Virus record (IMG/VR): IMGVR_UViG_3300024283_000047 | Coordinates: 1 to 40,570 of that record | DNA length: 40,570 nt | Strand: one strand, 5' to 3' | Source of the DNA: a virus | Lineage: Duplodnaviria > Caudoviricetes | In this document: one piece after another, positions 1-10,051 of the stretch | How positions within the stretch are numbered: the stretch's first letter is position 1 | How the letters are laid out: every line of letters starts with the position of its first letter | The notes under the pieces: model-generated | The model's input: only the letters and a program-made list of their open reading frames with translations | Told to the model about the DNA's origin: nothing | The model's database searches: none | Program-made: the position numbers and the translations under genes

Positions 1-408
1 TTTGCGCTGGACAACCAGCGTGATCTTACCGGGCTGCGGGTGGTCTCTGTACCAGCACTTGACTCCCGCTTTGCGAAGGTTGTTGATGAAGATCACATTG
101 TGCATGATGCGCCCAATGCGGTCGCCCTCATTGCGGTATTCCTCGGGAGTGAGCCACTGATACTCACGGGCTGCTTCCTCGGAACTTTGCTTCAGGCGGG
201 CCAGTTCGTCTTTCGTCTGACTCGAACCGTCCGCGTCACTGACGTTCATCGCGTACTCGGCCATCGCTTCGAGCAGGGCCGGGTCTTGTTCGGGCGTCAG
301 TTCTTCATCGTAAGTCTTGGTCGATCTGACTGCTACTGCGGGTTCGCCCGCTACGGCAGTCGGTGCCGACTCTTCCCACCGCTGGAAATACTCCTCATTG
401 GTTGGCAA
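1..408 (-). CDS. hypothetical late protein, 3' end truncated by the window edge (MPTNEEYFQRWEESAPTAVAGEPAV...)
   Basis: Read manually: TTG start at 408 preceded by GGAGGA; open frame to the window edge; co-oriented with the late operon. Confidence 0.75.
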   Translation of the reverse strand, partial: MPTNEEYFQRWEESAPTAVAGEPAVAVRSTKTYDEELTPEQDPALLEAMAEYAMNVSDADGSSQTKDELARLKQSSEEAAREYQWLTPEEYRNEGDRIGRIMHNVIFINNLRKAGVKCWYRDHPQPGKITLVVQRK

Positions 409-409
409 G

Positions 410-937
410 TTATCCTCCGATTGTCGCGTACATCTCGCGGATCACTCCGTTGGCCTGCCTACCAGTCTTTCGATCATAAAAGTTGCATAGGATCGAACTG
501 CTGGTACTGTTGTTCGTCTCGAAGTTGCAAGCCGTGTCGTACTCGACCAGAGCAGCTACGTAGTTCTGGAAACGTTGGGTTCTGAACTTACGCTCGAACC
601 AATTGAAATCCTGATGAACCGGGGGACGCCACTTCTTACCGCAGCGAATACAGTCAACCCAGATATCGCCGTTCATCATCTGGTGCTTGCGAACCGCGTA
701 AGACGCCGATGTCCCATTATTGAGACCTTCTGCGATAGACGTGTCGCTCTTTACTCGACGGATCAACCCGCCCTTGCGGTGGTTACACGCCGCGTGACGC
801 TTGGCGAGTAACTGGTCTAAACTAGCGAGATGCTGTCCAGCGATATGTGCCTGCTCAAGCTGGAACTGGTCTCGTTGCGGCCCGCCGTCGATTAAGACGA
901 TCAGGGCACGCAGAAAATTCTTTAGTGCGTTCTTCAT
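410..937 (-). CDS. hypothetical virion-region protein with Cys/His motifs (CNH, CIRC)
   Basis: ORF 410..1012; start moved to ATG 937 (MKNALKNF) behind a GGAGGAG RBS. Confidence 0.75.
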   Translation of the reverse strand: MKNALKNFLRALIVLIDGGPQRDQFQLEQAHIAGQHLASLDQLLAKRHAACNHRKGGLIRRVKSDTSIAEGLNNGTSASYAVRKHQMMNGDIWVDCIRCGKKWRPPVHQDFNWFERKFRTQRFQNYVAALVEYDTACNFETNNSTSSSILCNFYDRKTGRQANGVIREMYATIGG

Positions 938-1100
938 TTCTCCTCCAAATTGTAGGTGTATTGGCCCCCAAGTGCCGAGTGGCTTCGACCCCGCAACCGG
1001 GGAGCCTCGCACCTTCTGATGCTGTATATCGGTCTGTGGCGAGAGGATCAGTCCCGTTCAGTGCCGACGCTTCGTCGTCGTGTTAACCCGACGCTTCCAC

Positions 1101-1373
1101 CTATGTTCCCGGCTCAGTCAATCCGACATCCTCGGGACTCGTGACCTTGGCATCAAAGTCGCCATTACAGAACTGCTTGAACAGTTCGTCGTTCTGTTGA
1201 GCAATCTCGACCTTATTTCTCAGGGCCGTATTTGCCGAACGCAGCGCGGAGTGAACTCTCCGCAAGATTCTGTTGTTGTTGCGAACCTGCTGGATTTCCT
1301 CGCGCAGATTCTCGATAGATTCGAGCAAGGACGCGATTAATTCGTCCTTCTCCTTCAACGTCTCCTCCGACAT
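1101..1373 (-). CDS. small coiled-coil hypothetical protein
   Basis: ORF with GGAGGGG RBS and a heptad-like pattern. Confidence 0.7.
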   Translation of the reverse strand: MSEETLKEKDELIASLLESIENLREEIQQVRNNNRILRRVHSALRSANTALRNKVEIAQQNDELFKQFCNGDFDAKVTSPEDVGLTEPGT

Positions 1374-1386
1374 ATCCCCTCCATGC

Positions 1387-1427
1387 GACTATAGCCGCCC
1401 CTACAGCGAAGTAAGGGCGGCACAGTC
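1387..1427 (-). terminator. GC-rich stem-loop after the decoration-like gene
   Basis: GCCGCCCTTAC-TTCGCT-GTAGGGGCGGC inverted repeat; no clear U tract. Confidence 0.45.
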
Positions 1428-1445
1428 AGTTCTTGTCGCCTTCCC

Positions 1446-1931
1446 TTACGGGATGACGGTAACGTCTACTTTGGCGTAGACCATCTCCGGGGTTGCGCCC
1501 GCTTCGGTGTTGTCGAAGGTCGGGAAGCAAATCTCCAGAGTTCCTTCACCGACGTTCAGCGCGGTCACAAGGACGTTGCTGTTGTTGGTGCCGGATGCTA
1601 CTGCCGAGAACACGTCGGAACTATAGCCCGCGAAGTTGCTGGGCTTATAGAACGCTGGTGATCCTGCGGACGGGTTAGCAGGGTTGCGAACAAAGAAATT
1701 GCCCTGCGGGTTGTAGATTCCACCCTTTACGTCCTTGGCTGCGATGGTCAGGTTGACGAAAACGTCATACCCTGATGCGCCGCTCTTTGACAGAACCATC
1801 GTGTACTCGTGTGCGGCCACAGTGGTCACAGGGACGGACAACCCAGTTGCATCGCTTGCGCTGATGACAACTTCGGCTGCTACGCCCAGACCGTCTGTCG
1901 GCTGGTGCTGCGGTACAGGATTTCCGCTCAT
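1446..1931 (-). CDS. putative capsid decoration / beta-rich (Ig-like) virion protein
   Basis: Directly downstream of the major capsid gene; rich in V/T/A/G/S with a beta-strand pattern. Confidence 0.55.
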   Translation of the reverse strand: MSGNPVPQHQPTDGLGVAAEVVISASDATGLSVPVTTVAAHEYTMVLSKSGASGYDVFVNLTIAAKDVKGGIYNPQGNFFVRNPANPSAGSPAFYKPSNFAGYSSDVFSAVASGTNNSNVLVTALNVGEGTLEICFPTFDNTEAGATPEMVYAKVDVTVIP

Positions 1932-1990
1932 CGTAATCTTCCTTAATCTGCGTGCTGGACAAGCCAGTCATACGCAAGCTGAAATGACGT

Positions 1991-2010
1991 GGGGCGGTCG
2001 AGCCGCCCCT
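1991..2010 (-). terminator. stem-loop after the major capsid gene
   Basis: GGGGCGG-CTCGA-CCGCCCC hairpin just after the capsid stop codon. Confidence 0.5.
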
Positions 2011-2020
2011 ACACAGTCAA

Positions 2021-3052
2021 TTAGCTGATCGCGGAAGCGGCGTCAATCTGCCGCATACGGATCGTGGTGTCCGGGCCGAGCGACGTGGTGAAATGCACTC
2101 GGTACGAAGTCCATCCGGGGATCAACCCTTCAGGATCGGCAACGGTCGGTTCAGCGTTCTGAACGATGTTGCACTTGATGTTGCGCCAATCACCGTCTCC
2201 GTAGGTGGTATCGTTCTGTGCGCCCAAGTTGATCGCAAAGATACCGTCCTTACCGAAGATATAGGTGCGGAGTGCCGCGAGACCAGTCACGCCCTTGTAG
2301 TTGGTGGTCTTGGTCACGAGGTTGGTCTGGAAGAAGTGAACCCCAGTTGAAGGCAGTTCGATAACTTCCTCAAGGTCAACGCTCACCAGTTCGTCCATCT
2401 TCGCCTGACCCACAGGGGTGTGTTTCAGGATGTCGATGGGCGAGTCATTGGAGTTGTCGGCCAACACGTCGCCAAGGGCGAACGGATGGATGACGCCAAC
2501 GAATGCCTTGCTTGCTTCGTCAAACGGACGGACGGAGCGACCCGCCAGCGACTGAACGCTGTTACGAATCTGGCTCAGAGACAGTGCCGTGAAAGACGAA
2601 GTGCTGGAAGCGGCCAACTGTACGAGCACGCTGTTGTCGATGCTGGACGCACCGTCAGCAGTTGCGCGGACAAGGGCGGACAGAGACTCGCCCAGCCGAT
2701 AGGACATTTCCTTCGCGACGTTCTCGACGGTCGAGTCGATGGCAGTTGCCAGAGACAGAGACGAGAAGTTCGCGTAGTCGGCGTACTCACCGATGGTAGC
2801 AGTCGTGGTCAGCACGCTGACGGACAGGGACGAACCCACGGTTCCTTCAGTGGTCTGGTTCACGTTCGCTGCCAAAGGCACGTACATGAACATTTCGTAC
2901 TGGTTACCAGACTTCATGGGCAGGTCGAGACGTTCGGCGCAGCGCACGAAGGGGGTGTTTGCCTTCAGGTTCTCACGAAAACGCTTGTCGTAATACTTTA
3001 CCGTGGACTGAGGCAGGTTTGAAAGCTGGTTACCGCTAGGAGAAAAAGACAT
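2021..3052 (-). CDS. major capsid protein (N4-gp56-like, HK97 fold)
   Basis: 343 aa; position after scaffold and portal; motifs LPMKSG, TEG, FVGVIHP, ADP..GW. Confidence 0.85.
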   Translation of the reverse strand: MSFSPSGNQLSNLPQSTVKYYDKRFRENLKANTPFVRCAERLDLPMKSGNQYEMFMYVPLAANVNQTTEGTVGSSLSVSVLTTTATIGEYADYANFSSLSLATAIDSTVENVAKEMSYRLGESLSALVRATADGASSIDNSVLVQLAASSTSSFTALSLSQIRNSVQSLAGRSVRPFDEASKAFVGVIHPFALGDVLADNSNDSPIDILKHTPVGQAKMDELVSVDLEEVIELPSTGVHFFQTNLVTKTTNYKGVTGLAALRTYIFGKDGIFAINLGAQNDTTYGDGDWRNIKCNIVQNAEPTVADPEGLIPGWTSYRVHFTTSLGPDTTIRMRQIDAASAIS

Positions 3053-3075
3053 TAGCTTTTACCTTGTTGTGGATA

Positions 3076-4281
3076 TTAACCGTTCAATGCCCGCGCTCGA
3101 CGACGCTTCTGTGCGTCTAGTTCGAGTTCATTGACGAGTTTCAAGAAATTCGGGTCTTTGGCCCGCTTCTTGTATTCGTCACCGGACATCCGGTCAACAT
3201 CTGCAAGAGTCATCGAAAATCCGCCCACAGGGGTACTCCCTGCTGGTGACGCCACTGAAGGGGTCAACCCGGACGGTACATGACTATGCCGCTTTGCTTG
3301 CGCCTCCGGCGTCACCAATGCGGGTGACGTGGTGGGCGGAACCTGCGGTTTTGGTTCCTGATCCACGACGGTAGCCACTACAGGAGTGGGCACGACGGGT
3401 TCCTGCCGCACGGCAGGGGCTTCCTGAAGCAATCCGGCTTCAGCCAGCCTACTTTGGGCGATTACAAAATTGGCAACGGTCGGCGCGAGATTCCGCTTGC
3501 CCAACCAACCTGTTACCTTGGCTCGATTTTCCGGGCTATCATAGAACCCGGTCGTCTGCACGAAGTCAACATAGTGCTCAACAGCACGTTGCTGAATCTC
3601 CCGACGCTGGAGATCATTCAGAGTTCGAGCCAATACATCTGGCTTCGCTCCGAAGGCTGATTCAATCAGCTTGTCTCTTGCGTCAGCGAAGGTGTCAGGA
3701 CTCGCGATACCCTGCGAAATCTGGAACCGTTCGTCGGCAGATAGGTCGCGGGGTTTGAACTCCACGACGTTTTGAAATTTCTCGGCATCATCAACAGACT
3801 CTTCGGGAGTTCCGATAGCCTTTTCGAGACGCTCTTTACGCAACTGGCGAAGCAGCAGAACTGTCTTTTCCTGCATCTTCTCGAACTTTTCTTGCTCAGT
3901 GCGGTAGATGATGACCTGCAAACCGCCAATCGGTTTGTCGTTCTCATCAGTCGGTTGCCACGTATGGCGCTTCTCCGGCAACTCGTTGACGACCGGGGCC
4001 GGGGTTGGCGCAACGGCGGGCGCTGCGGGAACAACCGCGACGGGCGCGACGGGGGCGGGCACAACAACTTCAGGCACGGGGGCCAGTGAAGTCGTGGGTC
4101 TCGCGACGGTCGGGATACCGGGCATCGACGGATCGTCTTGCTGTACTTCTACCGGGGGCGGGGGAAATACTGCTTCAACCCTATTCCCAGCTTTGGCCGC
4201 TTCATCTGCGGCAACTGCTACTTGCGTAGTCTCGCCGCTGGTCAAACGCTCTGCGGCTTCTAATCTTGATCGTACTGACAT
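3076..4281 (-). CDS. capsid scaffolding protein
   Basis: Between portal and capsid; P/A/V-rich disordered parts, helical core, C-terminal 'DVDRMSGDEYKK'. Confidence 0.7.
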   Translation of the reverse strand: MSVRSRLEAAERLTSGETTQVAVAADEAAKAGNRVEAVFPPPPVEVQQDDPSMPGIPTVARPTTSLAPVPEVVVPAPVAPVAVVPAAPAVAPTPAPVVNELPEKRHTWQPTDENDKPIGGLQVIIYRTEQEKFEKMQEKTVLLLRQLRKERLEKAIGTPEESVDDAEKFQNVVEFKPRDLSADERFQISQGIASPDTFADARDKLIESAFGAKPDVLARTLNDLQRREIQQRAVEHYVDFVQTTGFYDSPENRAKVTGWLGKRNLAPTVANFVIAQSRLAEAGLLQEAPAVRQEPVVPTPVVATVVDQEPKPQVPPTTSPALVTPEAQAKRHSHVPSGLTPSVASPAGSTPVGGFSMTLADVDRMSGDEYKKRAKDPNFLKLVNELELDAQKRRRARALNG

Positions 4282-4298
4282 GTTCTCCTCCGAGTTGT

Positions 4299-4667
4299 CT
4301 AGCTAACTTCATCGTCCGGGTTAGACCCGAACTCTGGTTGGTACGGCGGCTGCTCAGGGTTGTCGATGTTGCCGATGCCTTGAGCGTTGTAGTTATGCAC
4401 TTGCAGAATCTGCTGTAGCCGCTGAATGAATCCGATGTAGAACATCCCGGCACCCTTCGCTATCGCGTGGTTTGCCAGAATCTCAGCCGGATTCGCCGTC
4501 TCTGTGTTGATGAGCCGGATGTTGAGCAGCTTGACTTCCTGCTCCATCATTTTCTGGATGATGTCGAACCATTCCTGCTTAACGACCGATGCGAGGATAG
4601 CAACCTGCCTATCGTCGAGATCGAACGACATGTCCAGACCCTTTACGTCGTCGGTAACCTTGAGCAT
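4299..4667 (-). CDS. hypothetical helical protein between portal and scaffold
   Basis: ORF with GGAGGAG RBS, in a position usual for podovirus head modules. Confidence 0.7.
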   Translation of the reverse strand: MLKVTDDVKGLDMSFDLDDRQVAILASVVKQEWFDIIQKMMEQEVKLLNIRLINTETANPAEILANHAIAKGAGMFYIGFIQRLQQILQVHNYNAQGIGNIDNPEQPPYQPEFGSNPDDEVS

Positions 4668-4691
4668 GTCTCCTCCGAAAATTTATTGGGA

Positions 4692-4722
4692 TGAGGCCCG
4701 GTGAAGAACCTCACCCCGCTTC
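4692..4722 (-). terminator. stem-loop downstream of the portal gene
   Basis: Imperfect inverted repeat around GGTGA..TCACC. Confidence 0.3.
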
Positions 4723-4745
4723 ACCGTTACGCAGACGGTGACAGT

Positions 4746-6881
4746 TTATGCTACAGTCGGCAGGGAGCCTTGAAGTCCAGCAGCAGACGGCGTACCATTC
4801 ACGGCTTGACTCATACCGCTCGTCTTGGCGGCTTCACGAGTAATGTCGCGTTTGATTCGGTTGTCAGACGCTTGGTCTTCCAACTGTTGTTTCTGCTGAA
4901 ACTTCTGTTGTTCGCCCTGCTGTTTGGCTTGTATCTGCTGCTGCATCAGTGCAGCCTTGCTAGACGCATCTCGCTTCTGCTTCATCTGAGCGGTCATCGG
5001 TTTGATGATGTCGTTCTTGTTCTTCCACTCCGACGCTTCGAGCCACATGTTGATGATCGGCTTGAAGTCGATGTACTCCTCGTTGATGTCAGCAAGGGAT
5101 TGCTGTATCTGAGGGTTGTCGAGAATCTGCGTAAGCATGACCATCGACTGTGCCATCGTACGTTTGGCCGCGAGACTTGATCCCGCGAGTACCTCGTACT
5201 CAATCTGAGCATCGTGATACTCCTGAATCTTAAACTCATTCAGGAAGTCAGTGCCCATCTCTTTTCCGAGGATGTGGAGAATAGCAGCATCGGACATGAC
5301 GTTGAACACGAGCATGTCGATGATACTCAAGAACGGTTTGAAGACCTGTTCAATGAAGTTGTCGAGAGGGCCGTCGAGCCGTGTAGCTGACGCACCCGCC
5401 ATTAAGTTCGCGCCCGCTGCGGAACGACCCATGCCGGAGCGCGGGCCAGCCGAAGAACCTTGAACGAGCGTTTGGTCTGCGCCAGAGGACGACTCAGTTG
5501 CCTGTTCGCTCTCTTTCAGTGCAGCCCAGATGTCGCCGGGGACTTTCGGGGTTTCCATCAGACGGTAAGACTTCTCCGTATCAGTGACCGACAGAATCTT
5601 GCCCAGACCAGTTCGGAGCGTCTGAGTAGGAGCGTTGTCGTCACGTTGACGAAGATAAATCGGGTTGACGCCGTAGCTCAAAATTTTGAGGATGGCGTTG
5701 ATCGTTCCCTGATCGACACGTTGGTTCTGGCCGACGATGAGTCCGAGACCCATGCCGTAGAATGCCTTCGGTCGGTTCCACCAGTTGGCGGACAGGAAGG
5801 GGATCATGTTGAACTCGTTCTTGGACGAGCAAATGACCTTCGATTGGTTCAGCACCAGAATCTTGCGATCCTTGTCCCAGTATTCGAGGACTTCGATCTT
5901 CTGACGGAGAGGATCAGGCGAAACCTTGATGTTCACCTTCTCGGCGTGGTGGACTACGCCTTCGATGTACGTCGCCTGCTCTGTCTCCAGAGTCTGTGCC
6001 TTTATGTTGCCGGGGTTCGCCCAGATGGCTTTCAACTCGGCTTCGGACGGAATCGTCCAGCCCTTGATCGCTTCTCCGGTCTCGCCATCTTCTATGGCGT
6101 GTTCAATCGCGGTACGTAGCGCGTTGAGTTGGTAGAAGTCCATGTACTGGACATCGACAACCCAGCCTGCCTGACGAATGTCGGAGACCCAGCACTGCGG
6201 ATCAACCAGAACTTTATCAATCGGACGCCAGTTGAAGAACGGCATCGGAACAGTCTTAGTCGATTTTGTAATATTGGGTGGTTCGTCCGTAGGGAGAACA
6301 ACTGAATCTGTAGCCGCGCCCTGCGTGCCTGCATCCAGCTTTTTGACTGTCGCGGTACGTTTGACGGTAACGATGTCTTTCCAATCGTAACCCCACTTGA
6401 AGATGCCCGTTCCGAGGAACGCCATCTGCTCAAGGCCCCACTTAGTCTGGGTCTTGAACTGGCAGTTATCGAGGATGAATGAGAACAGCGCCGACTTCGC
6501 GTCCACTACTGGTTGCGGAGTACCGGGGCGGGGCCTCATCAACATCGGCGGATCGTCGTAGAACAGACCCTTGTAAAGCTGAGGGACAACCGCGTTGCAA
6601 ACCTTAGCAACGGTGAATCGGACGACGTTCGGTTCGAGAATGTAAGTATTCTCGTAGACCGTCATTGGACGGGGCGATTGGTACAGGAGATCAGCATCGC
6701 GCCACAACAGCGTGTACTGTCGGTTGGACAGATACGCCTTTGCGTTCGCCGCGCTCTGGACAACGAGCGCCAACTGGTTCGCCACATTCTTCAATTCTCC
6801 ATCTGGCGTGAAATCTGCGACGGTCAGGGTAGCGTTCGGATTCCCGTCTGAAGCGGGCGGTGCTGTTAGTGTATCAGCCAT
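4746..6881 (-). CDS. portal protein (podovirus/P22-like)
   Basis: 711 aa following the terminase; GTGIFKWG, IPF..FYGMGL motifs and a Q-rich C-terminal coiled coil. Confidence 0.85.
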   Translation of the reverse strand: MADTLTAPPASDGNPNATLTVADFTPDGELKNVANQLALVVQSAANAKAYLSNRQYTLLWRDADLLYQSPRPMTVYENTYILEPNVVRFTVAKVCNAVVPQLYKGLFYDDPPMLMRPRPGTPQPVVDAKSALFSFILDNCQFKTQTKWGLEQMAFLGTGIFKWGYDWKDIVTVKRTATVKKLDAGTQGAATDSVVLPTDEPPNITKSTKTVPMPFFNWRPIDKVLVDPQCWVSDIRQAGWVVDVQYMDFYQLNALRTAIEHAIEDGETGEAIKGWTIPSEAELKAIWANPGNIKAQTLETEQATYIEGVVHHAEKVNIKVSPDPLRQKIEVLEYWDKDRKILVLNQSKVICSSKNEFNMIPFLSANWWNRPKAFYGMGLGLIVGQNQRVDQGTINAILKILSYGVNPIYLRQRDDNAPTQTLRTGLGKILSVTDTEKSYRLMETPKVPGDIWAALKESEQATESSSGADQTLVQGSSAGPRSGMGRSAAGANLMAGASATRLDGPLDNFIEQVFKPFLSIIDMLVFNVMSDAAILHILGKEMGTDFLNEFKIQEYHDAQIEYEVLAGSSLAAKRTMAQSMVMLTQILDNPQIQQSLADINEEYIDFKPIINMWLEASEWKNKNDIIKPMTAQMKQKRDASSKAALMQQQIQAKQQGEQQKFQQKQQLEDQASDNRIKRDITREAAKTSGMSQAVNGTPSAAGLQGSLPTVA

Positions 6882-6892
6882 TCGCTACCTTT

Positions 6893-8902
6893 CTACCCTC
6901 CAAATAAGTCGGCCAGAGGATCGTTAGCCATATAATCTGCGTCAGCAGCCGCTTGCTTCTGCAACTCATCCGGGGCCTGCTCAGGGAACTCCAACGCGAG
7001 ATTGTGAGCGTTGTACTTGTCGTAGACGCCGAGTCCGTAGACTTGATCGTAGAACGACTTCCCTTTGGGATCAGGAGTGTAATTGTCATTTGCGGCCTGC
7101 ATCTGAGCGTCGATGTCCGCGTAGCTTCCAAATTCATTGACGAGGATAGCTAACGCGTCCACGATGTCATCATGCACGCTGGCTGCGGTTCCGAACTTCG
7201 ACAACTCGTCGTATAGTTCGTCCAGCATCGGGCAGGTATTGACAAACTTCAGTCTGTCATCTCCGAGGAACCGAAGTACCGGGCCTGCCTTTGCTGCTTT
7301 CGATTTCTTACTCGTACCTTGACCGAGCGTGACCATACGAAGCGGGACGCGGACTTTCAACTTGTCCATTTCCCGGTAGGCTTCGCGCTGGACGTACTTC
7401 TCAGCCTTGCCTGTGTCTTCGATACAGATCGTTTTCGGCTTCCACTGCGCTGCGGTCGCGGCAATCATCCCCGGCAAAGCGTACTCGTCGTACTTGCCAC
7501 GCTTCATGTCGATGATGTAGAACCGTCCACCGAAGATCATCGCGGTGATGATGACGGTGAAGTCGGCCCACGACTTCGTGCTGTATGCAGTGTCTACGGC
7601 AGTGACAATCATGCCAGTGCCGGGTACTTCGACGGCGTTGACCGTCTTGCGGATCAGCAATTCGCGAGGGAACTTCACGACGTGCATCTGTGTCGGGTCG
7701 TTCAGGTACTTGATCGCGAAGTACGGATCGGTCTTTTTCTTGTATCGCAGGAACTCGTAAGTCAGTTGGCCCGGAGCGTTGAACCACAGGTGGTAATCAC
7801 TCGCGACCATTTCCTCTTCGATCTTGCCTGCCTTGATTGCTTCCTCAGTCGGCCACCAGCACGCCCTGATGTAAATCTTCATCGGGAAGGTTTCGCCCTC
7901 TTCGGCGTACTTCCGAGCGTTCGTGATGTCTTGACCGTAAGTGTCTTCGGAGTCGTACCACGTCCCAATCTTGTCGTAGAACCCATACGGGTGCAACATA
8001 GCTTGGTTGATGGAGACTTGCTTGTTGACTGCCTTCAGCCGCTCGACCGTCAACGAGTTCTCGTTGGTCACCACGTCGTCCAATTTGAGGACGCAGACGT
8101 GGAATCCGGTCAGTGACTGCTCGATAGATGCCGAGAAAACAGTCGGTTCCTTCTGTCGGTTCGAGACCGCTGGGGTCTGGAACTCGTTCGATTTACCGTC
8201 ATCCTCGGGAATGCAGTGCTCCGCGAACAGTGCTTGAAACAGAAACGGAGTTCCGTCGTCGAGCGTACGCGGGCGATAAGATTTCTTGCCGGGGACATAA
8301 ACTCCTGCCCACTCCGGCGTGTTTGCTTCGGTCAGGGTGAAGTGGCCCTTGATTTCTCCAACGAACTTGTTTGCCAGATTCAATACGCCTGACAAGACGA
8401 GAACGGTGACTTCGGGGAAACACAACGCCCACTGAACGGTGTCCGCCATGTTCATCGTGGACTTGAAGCCGCCACGAGGAACGAGTAGTAATCGCTCTTT
8501 CTTTTCCGCGACCGTGTTGTACTCGTTCGCGAATTGCTTGAAGGTCAGCTTGGTCGGGTCTTTACGAACAAAGAAGTCATTGCAGATTTCTTCGTGAGTA
8601 TTGTGAACCTGACCGTCAGTCCAAATGTACTGCTCCGCTGACATGTCTTTATAGGCTTCGAGCAGCTTGCAGAGGAAGAACAGGTTCGTCTGTGCCATGA
8701 ACCGGGCGCGATAGATCAGCGCCAGATCGGTTAAGCCGACGAGTCCGCAGGCTTTGATTACCTTGTCCTGTCTCTCATGCGACAGACGCATCCAACTTGC
8801 TTCAGCCCGCACATCCATCTCGGGAAGCGACATGTTGCGATGCTGGTAATTCTGGTCGAGTTTGTGCTTACCGACCAGCTTATCCAGTTGCAGTGCGTCC
8901 AC
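6893..8902 (-). CDS. terL: terminase large subunit
   Basis: Walker A-like PRGGFKST, Walker B LKLDDVV, coupling motif IGTWY, RNase H-like AVDTA..DFT..HDDIVDAL. Confidence 0.9.
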   Translation of the reverse strand: MDALQLDKLVGKHKLDQNYQHRNMSLPEMDVRAEASWMRLSHERQDKVIKACGLVGLTDLALIYRARFMAQTNLFFLCKLLEAYKDMSAEQYIWTDGQVHNTHEEICNDFFVRKDPTKLTFKQFANEYNTVAEKKERLLLVPRGGFKSTMNMADTVQWALCFPEVTVLVLSGVLNLANKFVGEIKGHFTLTEANTPEWAGVYVPGKKSYRPRTLDDGTPFLFQALFAEHCIPEDDGKSNEFQTPAVSNRQKEPTVFSASIEQSLTGFHVCVLKLDDVVTNENSLTVERLKAVNKQVSINQAMLHPYGFYDKIGTWYDSEDTYGQDITNARKYAEEGETFPMKIYIRACWWPTEEAIKAGKIEEEMVASDYHLWFNAPGQLTYEFLRYKKKTDPYFAIKYLNDPTQMHVVKFPRELLIRKTVNAVEVPGTGMIVTAVDTAYSTKSWADFTVIITAMIFGGRFYIIDMKRGKYDEYALPGMIAATAAQWKPKTICIEDTGKAEKYVQREAYREMDKLKVRVPLRMVTLGQGTSKKSKAAKAGPVLRFLGDDRLKFVNTCPMLDELYDELSKFGTAASVHDDIVDALAILVNEFGSYADIDAQMQAANDNYTPDPKGKSFYDQVYGLGVYDKYNAHNLALEFPEQAPDELQKQAAADADYMANDPLADLFGG

Positions 8903-8926
8903 GTCTCCTCCAAGTTTACTAATACA

Positions 8927-9544
8927 TTACATGCCCGGTGTCGGGCCTGCCTCGGGCATCGCCGGAGCCTGTGCTGACATGTTCGGTTCCTGCGCGGCCA
9001 AGTGATCCTGTGCCTCACCAATGTTGTTCGAGACGTGGGTCTCGTCGGGGTGGTGGGCCGGGTGGTGATGCTGATGCGTGTGGATCATCTTCCCGTCATC
9101 AGTCTTATGGGTAGTGATCTTGTGAATTTTCTTCTCGGGAACGCCTTTCTTCCCGGTGATCTTTTCCATCGCGGTTGTTGCGTCCATAGCATTCTCTTCC
9201 TTCGTCTTGACCGCTTCGCCCTCGTGGAGTTTGTACATTCCAGTCTTGGGAACGTAATCAGTGCCAGTCTTGAATGAGCCGAGGGGCCTCAGCGCTTCGC
9301 GGACATCCATTCGTTTTTCTCGGGGATTGTCGCCGTAGCGTTTGCCCGAATCCACGACCGGAGCCTTCTTAGCAGGGGCAGCAGCAGCAGGAGTAGTATC
9401 ACCACTAAGTGCCTTTCTCGCTTGGGACATCATGTCGGCTTTCGCGCCGAGTTCTTTACCCAGATTCTCCGTTTGAGCATCGCCCGCAGCCTTTGCCGCC
9501 GCTGCGCCCTTGACTTTGTTAATCAGATCGGTTGCCATGCCCAT
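8927..9544 (-). CDS. hypothetical protein with a His-rich segment
   Basis: 205 aa; GTDYVPKTGMYKLHEGEAV and HTHQHHHPAHHPDETH segments. Confidence 0.75.
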   Translation of the reverse strand: MGMATDLINKVKGAAAAKAAGDAQTENLGKELGAKADMMSQARKALSGDTTPAAAAPAKKAPVVDSGKRYGDNPREKRMDVREALRPLGSFKTGTDYVPKTGMYKLHEGEAVKTKEENAMDATTAMEKITGKKGVPEKKIHKITTHKTDDGKMIHTHQHHHPAHHPDETHVSNNIGEAQDHLAAQEPNMSAQAPAMPEAGPTPGM

Positions 9545-9548
9545 GATG

Positions 9549-10043
9549 TCAGTCCTTAAATAGCGTTGGAAGTTCCTTCCACAGCATGTGGGCAGTCTGT
9601 TTCATACCGCTGCCCGGATCATACGGCGGATACAACTTGCGATAAATCTTCAGCGACTCGGTGAAGCCATGAGGCATTTCACCAATCGCCCGCAAGAACA
9701 TCAGCGCCGTTGTCGGCCCGCGTGAATGTCCTGCGTTGCAGTGGAACAGAATCGTTCGGCCTGTGTCGTATTCCTTCTTGGCCCACTTCAACCCCGCGAA
9801 GATCATCTTGTGCGGGATGAAATCAGGATCGTCGGTGTCGATGCAGTTCATCGCACCCCAGTGACCCTTAGTGGCGAACAGGTAGTCGTCGCCCTTTGGC
9901 GCTCCCATCGTATCGTAGCCGAGCATAGCTCTGTGCCCGTCCGGGCCGTCCTTGGCACAAGTCAAGCGGCTGTAACCCCGCTCCTCAGCTTTCGCCACAT
10001 CCTTGTCGCTACCGACCCAGATGCGATCAATAATATTTTCCAC
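9549..10043 (-). CDS. dual-specificity / PTP-like phosphatase
   Basis: HCNAGHSR (CX5R) catalytic loop; N-terminal IDRIWVGS. Confidence 0.85.
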   Translation of the reverse strand: MENIIDRIWVGSDKDVAKAEERGYSRLTCAKDGPDGHRAMLGYDTMGAPKGDDYLFATKGHWGAMNCIDTDDPDFIPHKMIFAGLKWAKKEYDTGRTILFHCNAGHSRGPTTALMFLRAIGEMPHGFTESLKIYRKLYPPYDPGSGMKQTAHMLWKELPTLFKD

Positions 10044-10051
10044 CGCTCCTC

